The notes under the pieces were generated by a model, which saw only the letters and a list, made by a program, of their open reading frames with translations, did no database searches and was not told the origin of the DNA. A stretch of 64,000 nucleotides of DNA from Cenarchaeum sp. (lineage in GTDB: Archaea; Thermoproteota; Nitrososphaeria; Nitrososphaerales; Nitrosopumilaceae), in NCBI GenBank assembly GCA_965242695.1, contig CBDESU010000001.1, positions 1,824,001 through 1,888,000 of the forward strand. Reading direction: 5' to 3'. Below are positions 9,889 through 19,601 of this stretch, piece after piece; the stretch's first letter is position 1, and each line of letters starts with the position of its first letter. The position numbers were made by a program, and so were the translations under genes.

Positions 9889-10188
9889 TTGGCCAAGAGG
9901 GTGCTGATCGACGAGGGGAAGAGCCAGATAGAGTCGAAGCATCACGACAAGATACACCGCGACTATGTAGAAGTGCTCCACATCGGGGGCGACGGAGCCC
10001 CCGCTGCGGGGAGCAGCGATGCGAAGATCGCGGACTTCTGCGAGGACAAGTGCTGCGACCTGCTGACGGGCGACAAGAGGGCGTACACAAAGCTGCTAGA
10101 GGTAGACCGCATCGAAGAGGTCCGCATCTCAAAGTACGTCGTCGACGGGGATTCGACCCAGCAGGTATACCGGATACGCATGCACTGA
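9889..10188 (+). CDS. PIN-like (DUF5615/Mut7-C type) protein
   Basis: RVLIDE...SDAKIADFC...LLTGDK acidic-residue pattern of DUF5615-type PIN domains. Confidence 0.65.
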   Translation: MAKRVLIDEGKSQIESKHHDKIHRDYVEVLHIGGDGAPAAGSSDAKIADFCEDKCCDLLTGDKRAYTKLLEVDRIEEVRISKYVVDGDSTQQVYRIRMH

Positions 10189-10249
10189 GGAGGGGCGGGC
10201 CGCCGCGGCGGCGGCAGGCGCGGTAAAAAAAGAAGCATGGTGATGAGCG

Positions 10250-10603
10250 TCACTTGAACGACTCGATCTTCTTGATGATCTTCCGGTGGTCGTAGTCGGC
10301 CATGCACGTGATGTAGAACAGGTGCTTGGCCCCTGCCGGCATCACGAGGCGCTTGACCAGCTCGTACTCGGCCAGCGTGTACTTGCACTTGCCGAGCTTG
10401 CGGGCCAGCTCCTTGCGCTCCTTCATGTTGCGGGCCGAACGCACCAGGGACTTTTGGCTCTCCGACGGCGTGAGGGCGTTCTTGACGGCGGGGCTGCGCG
10501 CGCTGTAGATCAGCTCGCCCTTCATGTCGCAGATGGTGACCACACGAACCTTGTCGCTCATGCGGAGTATCTTCTTGACGGCGTCTTGTACCTCGACTTC
10601 CAT
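10250..10603 (-). CDS. Thaumarchaeal roadblock/DUF6659-like protein
   Basis: ILRMSDKVRVVTICDMKG...LGKCKYTLAEYELVKRLVMP. Confidence 0.85.
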   Translation of the reverse strand: MEVEVQDAVKKILRMSDKVRVVTICDMKGELIYSARSPAVKNALTPSESQKSLVRSARNMKERKELARKLGKCKYTLAEYELVKRLVMPAGAKHLFYITCMADYDHRKIIKKIESFK

Positions 10604-10718
10604 TGGGCTGTACGCCCTACCAATATGTGATAAAGGTTTCCTTGCCGCTCCGCGGGACGAGCGGGGCCCGAGGGCCGGCGGGCGGCGCCAGCGGCGGGCC
10701 GGGCGGCGGCATGCCCAC

Positions 10719-10892
10719 GGCGGCGGCATGCCTTCGGCCCGGCTCGGCAGCCCGCCCCGAGGGCCGATCGGCGGATGCTCCCGAAGGGCCCGAAGGGCCC
10801 GCCTTGGCGGGCCGGGCGGCGGCATGCCTTCGGCCCGGCTCGGCAGCCCGCCCCGGGGGCCGATCGGCGGATGCCCCCGAAGGGCCCGAAGG
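10719..10892. repeat. Two GC-rich direct repeats of about 77 bp (96-bp period) with internal inverted ends
   Basis: ggcggcggcatgccttcggcccggctcggcagcccgcccc...gggcccgaagg at 10719 and 10815; ccttcgg/ccgaagg can pair. Confidence 0.85.
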
Positions 10893-11088
10893 CCCGCCCG
10901 CGGCCGGCCCCGCCCGGCGGGGCATGCGGGGCGGGGAGGGCGGCAGGAGCAGGGGTGGGCGGCGCGGGGCGCCAGGGCGGGCAGGGGCCAGCGTCCGGCG
11001 GCCAGCGGGCCTAGCTCAAAAAAACAGACCCGTGGGTCGCATAAAGCTAACCGACAGATCTATAAACCACCGTGTCGGGCGCCCGGCG

Positions 11089-11211
11089 ATGGCCGCAGGC
11101 GGCGTCGAGTGGTGGAAGGGCCTGGCGCAAGAGCTCCAGGACGACATCGAGGTCGATGCCGCGCCCGGCGGCGGCGCCGGGGCCGGCGGCCGCGTCGGGC
11201 CTGAGGCCTGA
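11089..11211 (+). CDS. Small hypothetical peptide (40 aa)
   Basis: MAAGGVEWWKGLAQELQDDIEVD...; tataaa about 25 nt upstream. Confidence 0.5.
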   Translation: MAAGGVEWWKGLAQELQDDIEVDAAPGGGAGAGGRVGPEA

Positions 11212-11243
11212 AAGTATATCTGCAAGCCCGTCCCCGCTTGGGC

Positions 11244-11609
11244 ATGGACCACAAGCACCTCTTGGAGAAGATCATGGGGCTCGACGAGAACCTCAGGTTC
11301 GGCACGATCTGCGACATGGACGCAAGGCCCGTCGCGACCGTCAGGAAGGAGGGCGTCGAGACGTTCCTGTCGCCCGAGGACACGCAGGACACGCTCGAGC
11401 ATGCCGTCGCCGCATGGAAGTCGAGGATGAAGCACTACGACAAGATCGGCACCGGGCTGTACACCATGGCGGTCTACGAGAAGCTCAGGCGCGTGACGTT
11501 CCCGCTCAGGGACGGCCACATGTTGCTCGTGACGATCGACAACATGGGCGGCATGCAGATAGTCAGCCGCATACTCAACGAGCTGTACGGCGACTACACG
11601 ATGGAGTAG
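11244..11609 (+). CDS. Thaumarchaeal roadblock/DUF6659-like protein
   Basis: IMGLDENLRFGTICDM...IGTGLYTMAVYEKLRRVTFP; paralog of 10250..10603. Confidence 0.85.
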   Translation: MDHKHLLEKIMGLDENLRFGTICDMDARPVATVRKEGVETFLSPEDTQDTLEHAVAAWKSRMKHYDKIGTGLYTMAVYEKLRRVTFPLRDGHMLLVTIDNMGGMQIVSRILNELYGDYTME

Positions 11610-11658
11610 GGGCCCGCCGGCGCCCCTGCCCACTCCCCCCATTTTCGGCCGCGCCGCG

Positions 11659-12579
11659 TCAGAGCGCCGCGCGGAACATGTCGACTAGGTTGCGGTCCCT
11701 CATGAACGACGGGTCGAGCCCCTCGAGGTTTACCTTGCGCGAGACCCGGCGCATCGCGAGCAGTCCGAGGCGGAATAGCAGCACCCACAGGTAGCTCTGC
11801 GGGCGGCTCCTGTACGCGCGCAGGAGCAGCGAGAACAGCCGCCTCGCGCGCGGGTACACCTCGGATACGTACCGGTCGATGTACTCGGCCGAGTTGTCGA
11901 CCTTGTACGCAAAGTGCTCGATCGTCTCGCGCGCCGTGGCGTACCCCGTCGACGACACGGACACCCTCCCGTGCCGGAGCGCGTGCAGCACGTCGTCGGC
12001 CGTGGCCTCGGCCTCTATGACGTTCGTGCACCTGCCGAGCGTCGAGAGGACGTGCGAGTCGCTGCCGGCCACCCCCGTCATGCCCCTCTCGGCGGCGAAC
12101 GCGGCGGCCCTGGCGTTGGCCACCACGTCTACGTTGTTGCTGTTGAACACCTCTACAAGGTCGCACGAGGCGGCCTTTTCGCGCAGCGCATCGAGCAGCG
12201 AGAACGGGTGGGGCGCAGACGAGACCGCATCCTGGCGGCGTATCTCGTCGAGCGTCTCGTCAAAGGGCAGGCCGGGGCGCACCTCCTCGCGGACGCCGTA
12301 CGCGATGACATGGGCCCCCTCGGCCGTAGTGATCTCCTCGGCCGGCAGGACGGCCAGGCCGGCGTAGCGCGGGTGGTCGGCCTGGAACTCGGCCATGCGC
12401 GAGTAGCCGTCGAGCGTGTTGTGGTTGGTGACGAACAGGCAGTCGAGGCCGAGGTCGAGCGACCTGCGCAGCTGCTCCGGGATCGTCACGCCGCAGTCGT
12501 ACGGCGTGTCGTTGCCGACATGGTGGAAGTTGGAGTGCACGTTGTGGCAGTGCATCTCGGCCCTGAGCGGGGACCCCAT
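11659..12579 (-). CDS. PHP-domain metallophosphoesterase
   Basis: EMHCHN, VTNHN, PAEEIT, APHPF, EVFNS, GSDSH metal-binding motifs. Confidence 0.9.
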   Translation of the reverse strand: MGSPLRAEMHCHNVHSNFHHVGNDTPYDCGVTIPEQLRRSLDLGLDCLFVTNHNTLDGYSRMAEFQADHPRYAGLAVLPAEEITTAEGAHVIAYGVREEVRPGLPFDETLDEIRRQDAVSSAPHPFSLLDALREKAASCDLVEVFNSNNVDVVANARAAAFAAERGMTGVAGSDSHVLSTLGRCTNVIEAEATADDVLHALRHGRVSVSSTGYATARETIEHFAYKVDNSAEYIDRYVSEVYPRARRLFSLLLRAYRSRPQSYLWVLLFRLGLLAMRRVSRKVNLEGLDPSFMRDRNLVDMFRAAL

Positions 12580-12841
12580 GCGCGGCGCGCCGCGCGCGAG
12601 CTCTGTTATCTGTTGCGCATGCGGGTGGGGGGCGCCCGTTGTACAAAAGGCAGCGGCCCTTCCGTCCGCGCCTGCGCCGCGCCGCAGGGATCGCCTGGAG
12701 GGGCGCCGCCTTTTGCTCAGGCAAGGCACCCGCGCTGGGGGGGGGCAGGGGCGCAGGGGCGAGCGAGGGGCCGCGGTGGCGCGGGCGGCCGGTGGCCGAG
12801 ACGGGGGCACGGGGGAGGGGCGACGCTCTGCCAGGAACCGC

Positions 12842-13642
12842 CTACCGGAACATGTCCTCGGCGGCGGGGCGCACAAGGGCGGCCGCGCCGTCCCCCGACG
12901 GGCGCCCCTCGCCCGGGCCGACAAGCCCGCGCATGCCGCGGCGCCGCACGACGGCCGCGGGCACCGATGCGGCCTTGCCCTTGACGAGCTCGGCCGCTGC
13001 GCACAGCTCGTCGGCCACCGCGATGGCGGTCACGCGCAGGCCTCGCCCCGACGCGTCGGCGCATCCGGCGTGGTCCCGCACGACGCCGATGCCCGCGGCC
13101 CCGACGGCGCAGTCCGTCTGCCCGATGCGGAACGGCCGCCCGAACGTGTCCGATATTACGACGGCCACGTCGCATCCAGACATCTCGGAGATGCGGCCGC
13201 GCAGCCGCCGGGCCGACCCGTCTGGATCCTCGGGCAGTAGGACGGCGTGGCCGTCGGGCGCGTTGCTCTCGTCGACGCCCGAGTTGGCGCACACCAGCCC
13301 GCCGCGCGTCTCGGTTATGATCGCGCCGCCGGCGCCGCCCATGCGGACTATGCGCCGCGCCTCGGACAGCACGAGCTCGACGACCCTCGGATCCTTGCCG
13401 TACGCCGAGGCCAGGCCGGCGGCCAGCTCGGACGGGGCGACCGACGAGAGGGGCACCGCGCGCCCCTCCTCCTTCGAGACGGCCTTGTGCGAGACGACGA
13501 TCACGTCGCCGTCGGCCAGGGGCGGGCATGCGGACGCGATCATCGCGGCCAGGTCGTCGCCGGGCGCAATCTCGCCGAGGCGCACGGGCGCGACCTCTAG
13601 CGCGCCCGACGGCAGATGCCCGCCCCCCCCTTCCGCGGTCAT
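12842..13642 (-). CDS. cofE: Coenzyme F420-0:L-glutamate ligase
   Basis: VVSHKAVSKEEGR, ANSGVDESN, LLPEDPDGSA, ISDTFGRPFRIGQ, AVADELCAAAELVKGK. Confidence 0.93.
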   Translation of the reverse strand: MTAEGGGGHLPSGALEVAPVRLGEIAPGDDLAAMIASACPPLADGDVIVVSHKAVSKEEGRAVPLSSVAPSELAAGLASAYGKDPRVVELVLSEARRIVRMGGAGGAIITETRGGLVCANSGVDESNAPDGHAVLLPEDPDGSARRLRGRISEMSGCDVAVVISDTFGRPFRIGQTDCAVGAAGIGVVRDHAGCADASGRGLRVTAIAVADELCAAAELVKGKAASVPAAVVRRRGMRGLVGPGEGRPSGDGAAALVRPAAEDMFR

Positions 13643-14289
13643 GCCGCCCCAGGGTCCCCGAGGCGCATGCCGTAGTGCCTGCCGATGATGCCGAGTATCT
13701 TTGAGAGATCCTTTTCGTCGAGTATCTCGTCGGCCATGTCCTTTACGCGGTCCTGCGCGCGGAACGCGATCCCCAGGCCGCAGATGTCGAACAGCTTCAG
13801 GTCGTTGGCCCCGTCGACGACTACGGCAATCTCCTCCCTTTGCTGCCCCCACTCGGTGATCTTCGACATGGCCGGCAGGGCCTTGTCGGCGCCGACGCTG
13901 ACCCGCACGCCGTCGAGCAGGCCGTCGCGGAAGAGCAGCTCGTTCGAGAAGACGTGGTCTAGCCCGAGCGCATCGCGCAGGCGGTCCGTCATTATCGTAA
14001 AGCCGCCCGAGACGGCCATGGTCCGAAAGCCGGCCGCCTTTAGGGCGCGGCACGCCTCCTCCGCGCCCGTCATAATCGGCAGGTCGTCGGCGACGCGGCG
14101 GCACGTGTCGTAGTCGATGCCGCGGAGGGCATCGACCCTCGTGCGCAGCCCCTCCTCCCAGTCTATGAGGCCCTGTATGCCCTTGCGCGTAATGTCCCAG
14201 ATCTCTTTTTCCTTTCCGAGCTTTTCTGCTAGCAGCGGCAGGTACTCGGCGTCGAACAGGACGCCCTCGACGTCGAAAATGACGAGCAA
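13639..14289 (-). CDS. serB: Phosphoserine phosphatase (HAD family)
   Basis: FDVEGVL, VSGGF, DGANDL HAD motifs; overlaps the cofE start. Confidence 0.9.
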   Translation of the reverse strand: MLVIFDVEGVLFDAEYLPLLAEKLGKEKEIWDITRKGIQGLIDWEEGLRTRVDALRGIDYDTCRRVADDLPIMTGAEEACRALKAAGFRTMAVSGGFTIMTDRLRDALGLDHVFSNELLFRDGLLDGVRVSVGADKALPAMSKITEWGQQREEIAVVVDGANDLKLFDICGLGIAFRAQDRVKDMADEILDEKDLSKILGIIGRHYGMRLGDPGAA

Positions 14290-14470
14290 CTTTGTGCGCG
14301 CGGCCGGCCGTAATTATTTTAACGTTGGGCACATGCGGCCCCGCGGCGGCGGCGCAGGGGCGGGCCTGGGAGGGGCGGGTCGGCAGGGCGGCTGCGGCGC
14401 AGGCGGCCGCGGGCAAGAGGGCCCCGTCAAACATAGGTAGTGTTAAATCGGCCGCGGGGGGCGGCGCGGC

Positions 14471-17400
14471 GTGGACGGCTACGTGCCAGATGCGGGCGAT
14501 GCCGAGCCCGGCTCCCAGGTGCGCGGAGGCGACGGGTCCCGCACGGACGGCGGCGGAGGCGACGGGTCCCGCACGGACGGCGGCGGAGGCGACGGGTCCC
14601 GCACGGACGGCGGCGGAGGCGACGGGTCCCGCACGGACGGCGGCGGAGGCGACGGGTCCCGCACGGACGGCGGCGGAGGCGACGGGGTCGTAGCGGCGGC
14701 AGTAGAGGCATCCATGGCGGCCGTAATCGGGCCCGGCGAGGAGGGTGCGGAGGGAGACGCGCCGCCGCCCCTGTCCGAGTCGGCCGCTGCCGCGGCGGCG
14801 GCCGCCGCGGCGGCGTCGATGCAGCCGGCCGGCATCGATGACGACGGCCACGAGACCCTCGCCGCCCCGAGCGTGCCCGGCTCTCCACCCGTTCCGACCG
14901 ACGGCGAGTTGCAGTACCGGTACGAGGTAAAGGTCCACACGTCGGACAAGCGGCTGAAGATACCAGAGTCGGTAAAGGCCGACCTGAGGGAGTCTGAGAT
15001 GATGGACAAGGACGGCAAGATCAAGGTCAAGGGTGTAAGCCCGAGGATGCTCAAGAGGATGAAGCGCGAGTACGTGAACTGCCCGATCCTCGGCGACGGC
15101 GTCCACTTCATCAGGTGCTTTGTGTGCAAGAACTTTCAGAGCAGGGTGAGCGGAATGGTGCTCTGCGAGGGCGTCGAGTCGAAGGCCGGCCGCTGGGAGC
15201 CCGACGCAAAGCCGCCCGAGTCCGAGCGGAAGGATCGCGGCGAAGGGGGAGCCGCGGAACCGCCTGGCGGAGAGGGCGGGGACGATGCCAAGGGTCCGGC
15301 GCCGCCCGGCAGGATGGAAGAGGCCGACAGGGCCGCAAGGGCCGCGGTCGAGAGGGCCGAGGCGGCCGAGCGCAAGGCCGCGGCCAGGGCCGAGGCGGCC
15401 GAGCGCAAGGCCGCGGCCAGGGCCGAGGCGGCCGAGCGCAAGGCCGCGGCCAGGGCCGAGGCGGCCGAGCGCAAGGCCGCGGCCAGGGCCGAGGCGGCCG
15501 ACAGGGCCGCAAGGGCCGCGGTCGAGAGGGCCGAGGCGGCCGAGCGCAAGGCCGCGGCCAGGGCCGAGGCGGCCGAGCGCAAGGCCGCGGCCAGGGCCGA
15601 GGCGGCCGAGCGCAAGGCCGCGGCCAGGGCCGAGGCGGCCGACAGGGCCGCATCGGCGAGGATTGCCGCGTCCGAGAAGAGGGCCAGGGATGCAGACGAC
15701 AAGCGCGCCGCGTCCGAGAAGAGGGCCAGGGATGCAGACGACAAGCGCGCCGCGTCCGAGAAGAGGGCCAGGGATGCAGACGACAAGCGCGCCGCGTCCG
15801 AGAAGAGGGCAAAGGAGGCCGTGTCGGGGGCAGATGCCGCATCCAGGGAGGCCGGCGCCAGGGAGGCCGCTGCCAAAGAGTCGCTTGAAAGGGCCGAAGG
15901 GCTGGAAAGGAGCGCCGCAGAGAGGGCGGCGGTGGCAGAGGAGCGCCTTGAAAAGGCCGTCTCGGCCGAGTCGACGGCCGAGGACGTGATCAACAAGGCG
16001 GGCGAGAGGGCCGAGGAGGCGAAAAGCATCGCGAGTGCCGCGATAGACAGGGCGGCCGAGTCGAACAGGATGGCAGAGGAGGCGCTCACCAGGGCGGCCG
16101 AGTCCGAGAGGGTCGCCAAGGCGGCCGAGGCGAGGGCGGCCGAGTCGGACAGGATGGCAGAGGATCGCACGGCGGCTGCCGAGAAGGTCGCCAAGGCGGC
16201 AGTCCAGAAGGCGGCGATGGACGAGAGCCGCGCTGTGGGCAGAAAGACGGCGGCCGAAAAGGCCGCCAAGGCCTCCGAGGCCAGGGCGGCAAAGGCGGCC
16301 AATGCGGCAAAGGCCGCGGAGGCAAAGGCGGCAAAGGCGGCCGAGGGCGCCAAGGCGTCGGCGGCAAGGGAGAGGGCCGCAAAGGCCGCGGAGGCAAAGG
16401 CGGCAAAGGCGCTGGCCGCCAAGGAGAGGGCCGCAAAGGCCGCGGAGGCAAAGGCGGCAAAGGCGCTGGCCGCCAAGGAGAGGGCCGCAAAGGCCGCGGA
16501 GGCAAAGGCGGCAAAGGCGCTGGCCGCCAAGGAGAGGGCCGCAAAGGCCGCGGAGGCAAAGGCGGCAAAGGCGCTGGCCGCCAAGGAGAGGGCCGCAAAG
16601 GCCGCGGAGGCAAAGGCCGAAAGGTCCACAAGGGCCGCGGAGGCAAAGGCGGCAAAGGCGGCCGAGGCTACAAGGGCCGCGGAGGCAAAGGCGGCAAAGG
16701 CGGCCGAGGGCGCCAAGGCGTCGGCGGCAAGGGAGAGGGCCGCAAAGGCCGCGGAGGCAAAGGCGGCAAAGGCGCTGGCCGCCAAGGAGAGGGCCGCAAA
16801 GGCCGCGGAGGCAAAGGCGGCAAAGGCGCTGGCCGCCAAGGAGAGGGCCGCAAAGGCCGCGGAGGCAAAGGCGGCAAAGGCGCTGGCCGCCAAGGAGAGG
16901 GCCGCAAAGGCCGCGGAGGCAAAGGCCGAAAGGTCCACAAGGGCCGCGGAGGCAAAGGCGGCAAAGGCGGCCGAGGCTACAAGGGCCGCGGAGGCAAAGG
17001 CGGCAAAGGCGGCCGAGGGCGCCAAGGCGTCGGTGGCAAATGAGAGGGCCGCAAAGGCCGCGGAGGCAAAGGCGGCAAAGGCGCTGGCCGCCAAGGAGAG
17101 GGCCGCAAAGGCCGCGGAGGCAAAGGCGGCAAAGGCGCTGGCCGCCAAGGAGAGGGCCGCAAAGGCCGCGGAGGCAAAGGCGGCAGGAGTATCCAAGGCG
17201 ACAAGGGTCAAGAAGACGGCGGCGGATCGTGCGGGCGCCGCAGAGGCTGAAGATGCGGCCGGCGGCGGGACCAAGCCGGCTCGGCAGGCCCAGGCTACCG
17301 GGAGCAGGCGCCGGCCAAGGCAGAGGGCGGCGGTTCGCGCAGGGGCCGAGGAGTCGGCGGCCGGGCAGCAGCAGGCGGCGGAAGGCGGCGAGCCGGCCGC

Positions 17401-17893
17401 TGCCGGGCAGGACGATCCGGCGGCGGCCGCCCCCGCCGCCAAGAGGAAGGGCAGGCGCCGGCCAAGGCAGAGGGCGGCGGTTCGCGCCGAGGCAGGGGCA
17501 GGATCCGAGGAGTCGGCGGCCGGGCAGGAGGCGTCGACGGGGGCTACAGGGCAAGAGGGTCCGGCGGCCGCCCCCGCCGCCAAGAGGAAGGGCAGGCGCC
17601 GGCCAAGGCAGAGGGCGGCGGTTCGCGCCGAGGCAGGGGCAGGATCCGAGGAGTCGGCGGCCGGGCAGGAGGTGGAAGGCGGCGAGCCGGCGGCCGAGGC
17701 TACTACAGGGCAGGTGGGTCCGGCGGCCGCCCCCGCCGCCAAGAGGAAGGGCAGGCGCCGGCCGAGGCAGAGGGCGGCGGTTCGCGCCGAGGCAGGGCAG
17801 CATCAGGAACAGCGGCAGGCGTCGGAAGGCGGCGAGCCGGCGGAGTCGTCCGGACAGGATGCGCCCGCCGCCGCGGACAGGCCCGACGCTTAG
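14471..17893 (+). CDS. 1140-aa protein: Cys4 thaumarchaeal domain, long Ala/Lys/Glu tandem-repeat helix and basic C-terminal repeats
   Basis: Globular core LQYRYEVKV...YVNCPIL...CFVCKNF...VLC; repeats RAEAAERKAAA, ASEKRARDADDKRA, KAAEAKAAKALAAKERAA and KRKGRRRPRQRAAVRA. Confidence 0.8.
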   Translation: MDGYVPDAGDAEPGSQVRGGDGSRTDGGGGDGSRTDGGGGDGSRTDGGGGDGSRTDGGGGDGSRTDGGGGDGVVAAAVEASMAAVIGPGEEGAEGDAPPPLSESAAAAAAAAAAASMQPAGIDDDGHETLAAPSVPGSPPVPTDGELQYRYEVKVHTSDKRLKIPESVKADLRESEMMDKDGKIKVKGVSPRMLKRMKREYVNCPILGDGVHFIRCFVCKNFQSRVSGMVLCEGVESKAGRWEPDAKPPESERKDRGEGGAAEPPGGEGGDDAKGPAPPGRMEEADRAARAAVERAEAAERKAAARAEAAERKAAARAEAAERKAAARAEAAERKAAARAEAADRAARAAVERAEAAERKAAARAEAAERKAAARAEAAERKAAARAEAADRAASARIAASEKRARDADDKRAASEKRARDADDKRAASEKRARDADDKRAASEKRAKEAVSGADAASREAGAREAAAKESLERAEGLERSAAERAAVAEERLEKAVSAESTAEDVINKAGERAEEAKSIASAAIDRAAESNRMAEEALTRAAESERVAKAAEARAAESDRMAEDRTAAAEKVAKAAVQKAAMDESRAVGRKTAAEKAAKASEARAAKAANAAKAAEAKAAKAAEGAKASAARERAAKAAEAKAAKALAAKERAAKAAEAKAAKALAAKERAAKAAEAKAAKALAAKERAAKAAEAKAAKALAAKERAAKAAEAKAERSTRAAEAKAAKAAEATRAAEAKAAKAAEGAKASAARERAAKAAEAKAAKALAAKERAAKAAEAKAAKALAAKERAAKAAEAKAAKALAAKERAAKAAEAKAERSTRAAEAKAAKAAEATRAAEAKAAKAAEGAKASVANERAAKAAEAKAAKALAAKERAAKAAEAKAAKALAAKERAAKAAEAKAAGVSKATRVKKTAADRAGAAEAEDAAGGGTKPARQAQATGSRRRPRQRAAVRAGAEESAAGQQQAAEGGEPAAAGQDDPAAAAPAAKRKGRRRPRQRAAVRAEAGAGSEESAAGQEASTGATGQEGPAAAPAAKRKGRRRPRQRAAVRAEAGAGSEESAAGQEVEGGEPAAEATTGQVGPAAAPAAKRKGRRRPRQRAAVRAEAGQHQEQRQASEGGEPAESSGQDAPAAADRPDA
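14524..14686 (+). repeat. 30-bp coding tandem repeat, about 5 copies (GGGGDGSRTD)
   Basis: ggaggcgacgggtcccgcacggacggcggc repeated head to tail. Confidence 0.9.
15350..17800 (+). repeat. Nested coding tandem repeats with 33-, 42-, 54- and about 126-bp units
   Basis: Near-identical units visible in both DNA and translation; boundaries approximate. Confidence 0.9.
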
Positions 17894-18040
17894 CGGCCCG
17901 CGCAACTAGCAGGCACCGCGGCGTTGGCGGACACTGGCCCAATATTCTTCCGAACCGCCCTGCGCGCGGGCGGCCCCGGAGGCGCGGCCGCGCAGGGCGC
18001 GGCAAAGGCTCATTAGGAAAAAACTTCACGGCCCCGGCGA

Positions 18041-19525
18041 ATGGGCCGCAAAAAGGGGGGCGCAGGCGGCAAGGGCAAGGGGGGCGTCGGCATCACGGCC
18101 TCGAAGAAGGGCGACTTTAGCGAGTGGTACACCCAGGTCGTCACAAAGGCCGAGCTTGCAGACTACGCCCCCGTCAAGGGCCTGATCGTGCTGCGCCCCG
18201 ACGGGTACTCGATATGGGAGTCCGTCAAGGCGTCGCTAGACGCAAAGTTTGCCGCCGCCGGCGTGCGCAACGGCTTTCTGCCAGTCCTCATTCCCGAGTC
18301 CCTCCTCGCAAGGGAGAGGGAGCACTTCGAGGGGTTCGACCCCGAGGTGTACTGGGTGACGCACTCGGGCGGCGCCGAGCTGGGGGACCGGCTGGCCCTG
18401 AGGCCGACGTCCGAGACCCTGGCGTACTCGCTCTACTCGAAGTGGATAAAGAGCTGGCGCGACCTGCCGCTGCGCATCAACTTTTGGAACACGGCCCTGC
18501 GCGCCGAGATAAAGGCGACCAAGCCGTTCCTGCGCACGTCCGAGTTCTTGTGGCAGGAGGGCCACACCGTCCACGCCGGGCAGGCCGAGGCCGAGTCCGA
18601 GGTGGCCCGCATGCTGGACATCTACAGGGCGACCGTAGAGGAGGAGCTCGCCATCCCCGTGATGGCCGGCCGCAAGACGGACACCGAAAAGTTCGTCGGC
18701 GCCGTCTACACGGATGCGATCGAGTCGATGATGCCCGACGGCAGGGCCCTGCAGATGGGGACGTCGCACTTTCTCGGGCGGAACTTTTCAAGGCCGTTCG
18801 ACGTAAAGTTCCTCGACTCGGAGAACCGCGAGCAGTTCGCGTGGCAGACGTCGTGGGGCGTCTCGTGGAGGCTCATAGGGGCCATGATCATGGTCCACGG
18901 CGACGACAGGGGGCTCGTGCTGCCGCCGCGGGTCGCCCCCGTGCAGGCCGTCGTCGTCCCCATCTACTACTCGGGCGACGAGGAGAGGGCCGTAATGGCC
19001 GAGGCCGAGAGGATCATGGCGGGGCTCGAGGAGGGGGGCGTAAGGGCCCACCTCGACCGCAGGCCCGAGCTGACGCCCGGCTTCAAGTTCCACGACTGGG
19101 AGATGCGCGGGATACCGATACGCATAGAGGTCGGGCCGAGGGACCTAAGGGAGGGGGCCGTTACGGTGGCGCGGCGGTTTGGCGGCGAAAAGGCCAGGGT
19201 GCCGGCCGGCGAGGCCGCCGCGGCCGTACCCGGAATGCTCGCCGAGATACAGTCGGGCATGCTCGAGGCGGCGCGCGCGGCGCAGCGCGGCATGACGCGG
19301 CGCGCGGGATCGTACGAGGAGCTCGAGGCGGCGATCGGCGGGGGCGGGTTCGTCCTGGCCCCGTGGTGCGGCGGCGCCGAGTGCGAGCAGGCCGTCAAGG
19401 ACAAGACTGGCGCGGACGTGCGCGTCGTGCCGTTTGGCGAGGATGGAAGGGCGTCCGAGGGCGAGGCGTGCGCCGTGTGCGGCAGGCCGGCCGCATCCAG
19501 GCCGGCCTTTGCGCGCGGGTACTAG
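18041..19525 (+). CDS. proS: Prolyl-tRNA synthetase (archaeal/eukaryotic type)
   Basis: FSEWY, LRPTSET, PFLRTSEFLWQEGHT, QTSWGVSWR, C-terminal FARGY. Confidence 0.98.
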   Translation: MGRKKGGAGGKGKGGVGITASKKGDFSEWYTQVVTKAELADYAPVKGLIVLRPDGYSIWESVKASLDAKFAAAGVRNGFLPVLIPESLLAREREHFEGFDPEVYWVTHSGGAELGDRLALRPTSETLAYSLYSKWIKSWRDLPLRINFWNTALRAEIKATKPFLRTSEFLWQEGHTVHAGQAEAESEVARMLDIYRATVEEELAIPVMAGRKTDTEKFVGAVYTDAIESMMPDGRALQMGTSHFLGRNFSRPFDVKFLDSENREQFAWQTSWGVSWRLIGAMIMVHGDDRGLVLPPRVAPVQAVVVPIYYSGDEERAVMAEAERIMAGLEEGGVRAHLDRRPELTPGFKFHDWEMRGIPIRIEVGPRDLREGAVTVARRFGGEKARVPAGEAAAAVPGMLAEIQSGMLEAARAAQRGMTRRAGSYEELEAAIGGGGFVLAPWCGGAECEQAVKDKTGADVRVVPFGEDGRASEGEACAVCGRPAASRPAFARGY

Positions 19526-19601
19526 ACAAAATGCGGGCAGGCGCACAGGCCCCGGGACGCCGCGGCGACTGTTGATATTGAACTGGCGGCGCCCGGGACG
19601 C

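Noticed and set aside
10719-10892. Mini-CRISPR array serving the orphan csb2
   Set aside because: Units are about 77 bp with a gap of about 19 bp, unlike CRISPR repeat/spacer geometry, and lie 13 kb away.
14524-14686. 30-bp repeats as a possible CRISPR array
   Set aside because: Head-to-tail with no spacers, and in frame within a CDS.
12842-17905. 1687-aa minus-strand ORF and other long antisense or alternate-frame ORFs over the repeat protein
   Set aside because: Shadow frames of GC-rich tandem repeats; only the last ~266 aa (cofE) are a real gene.
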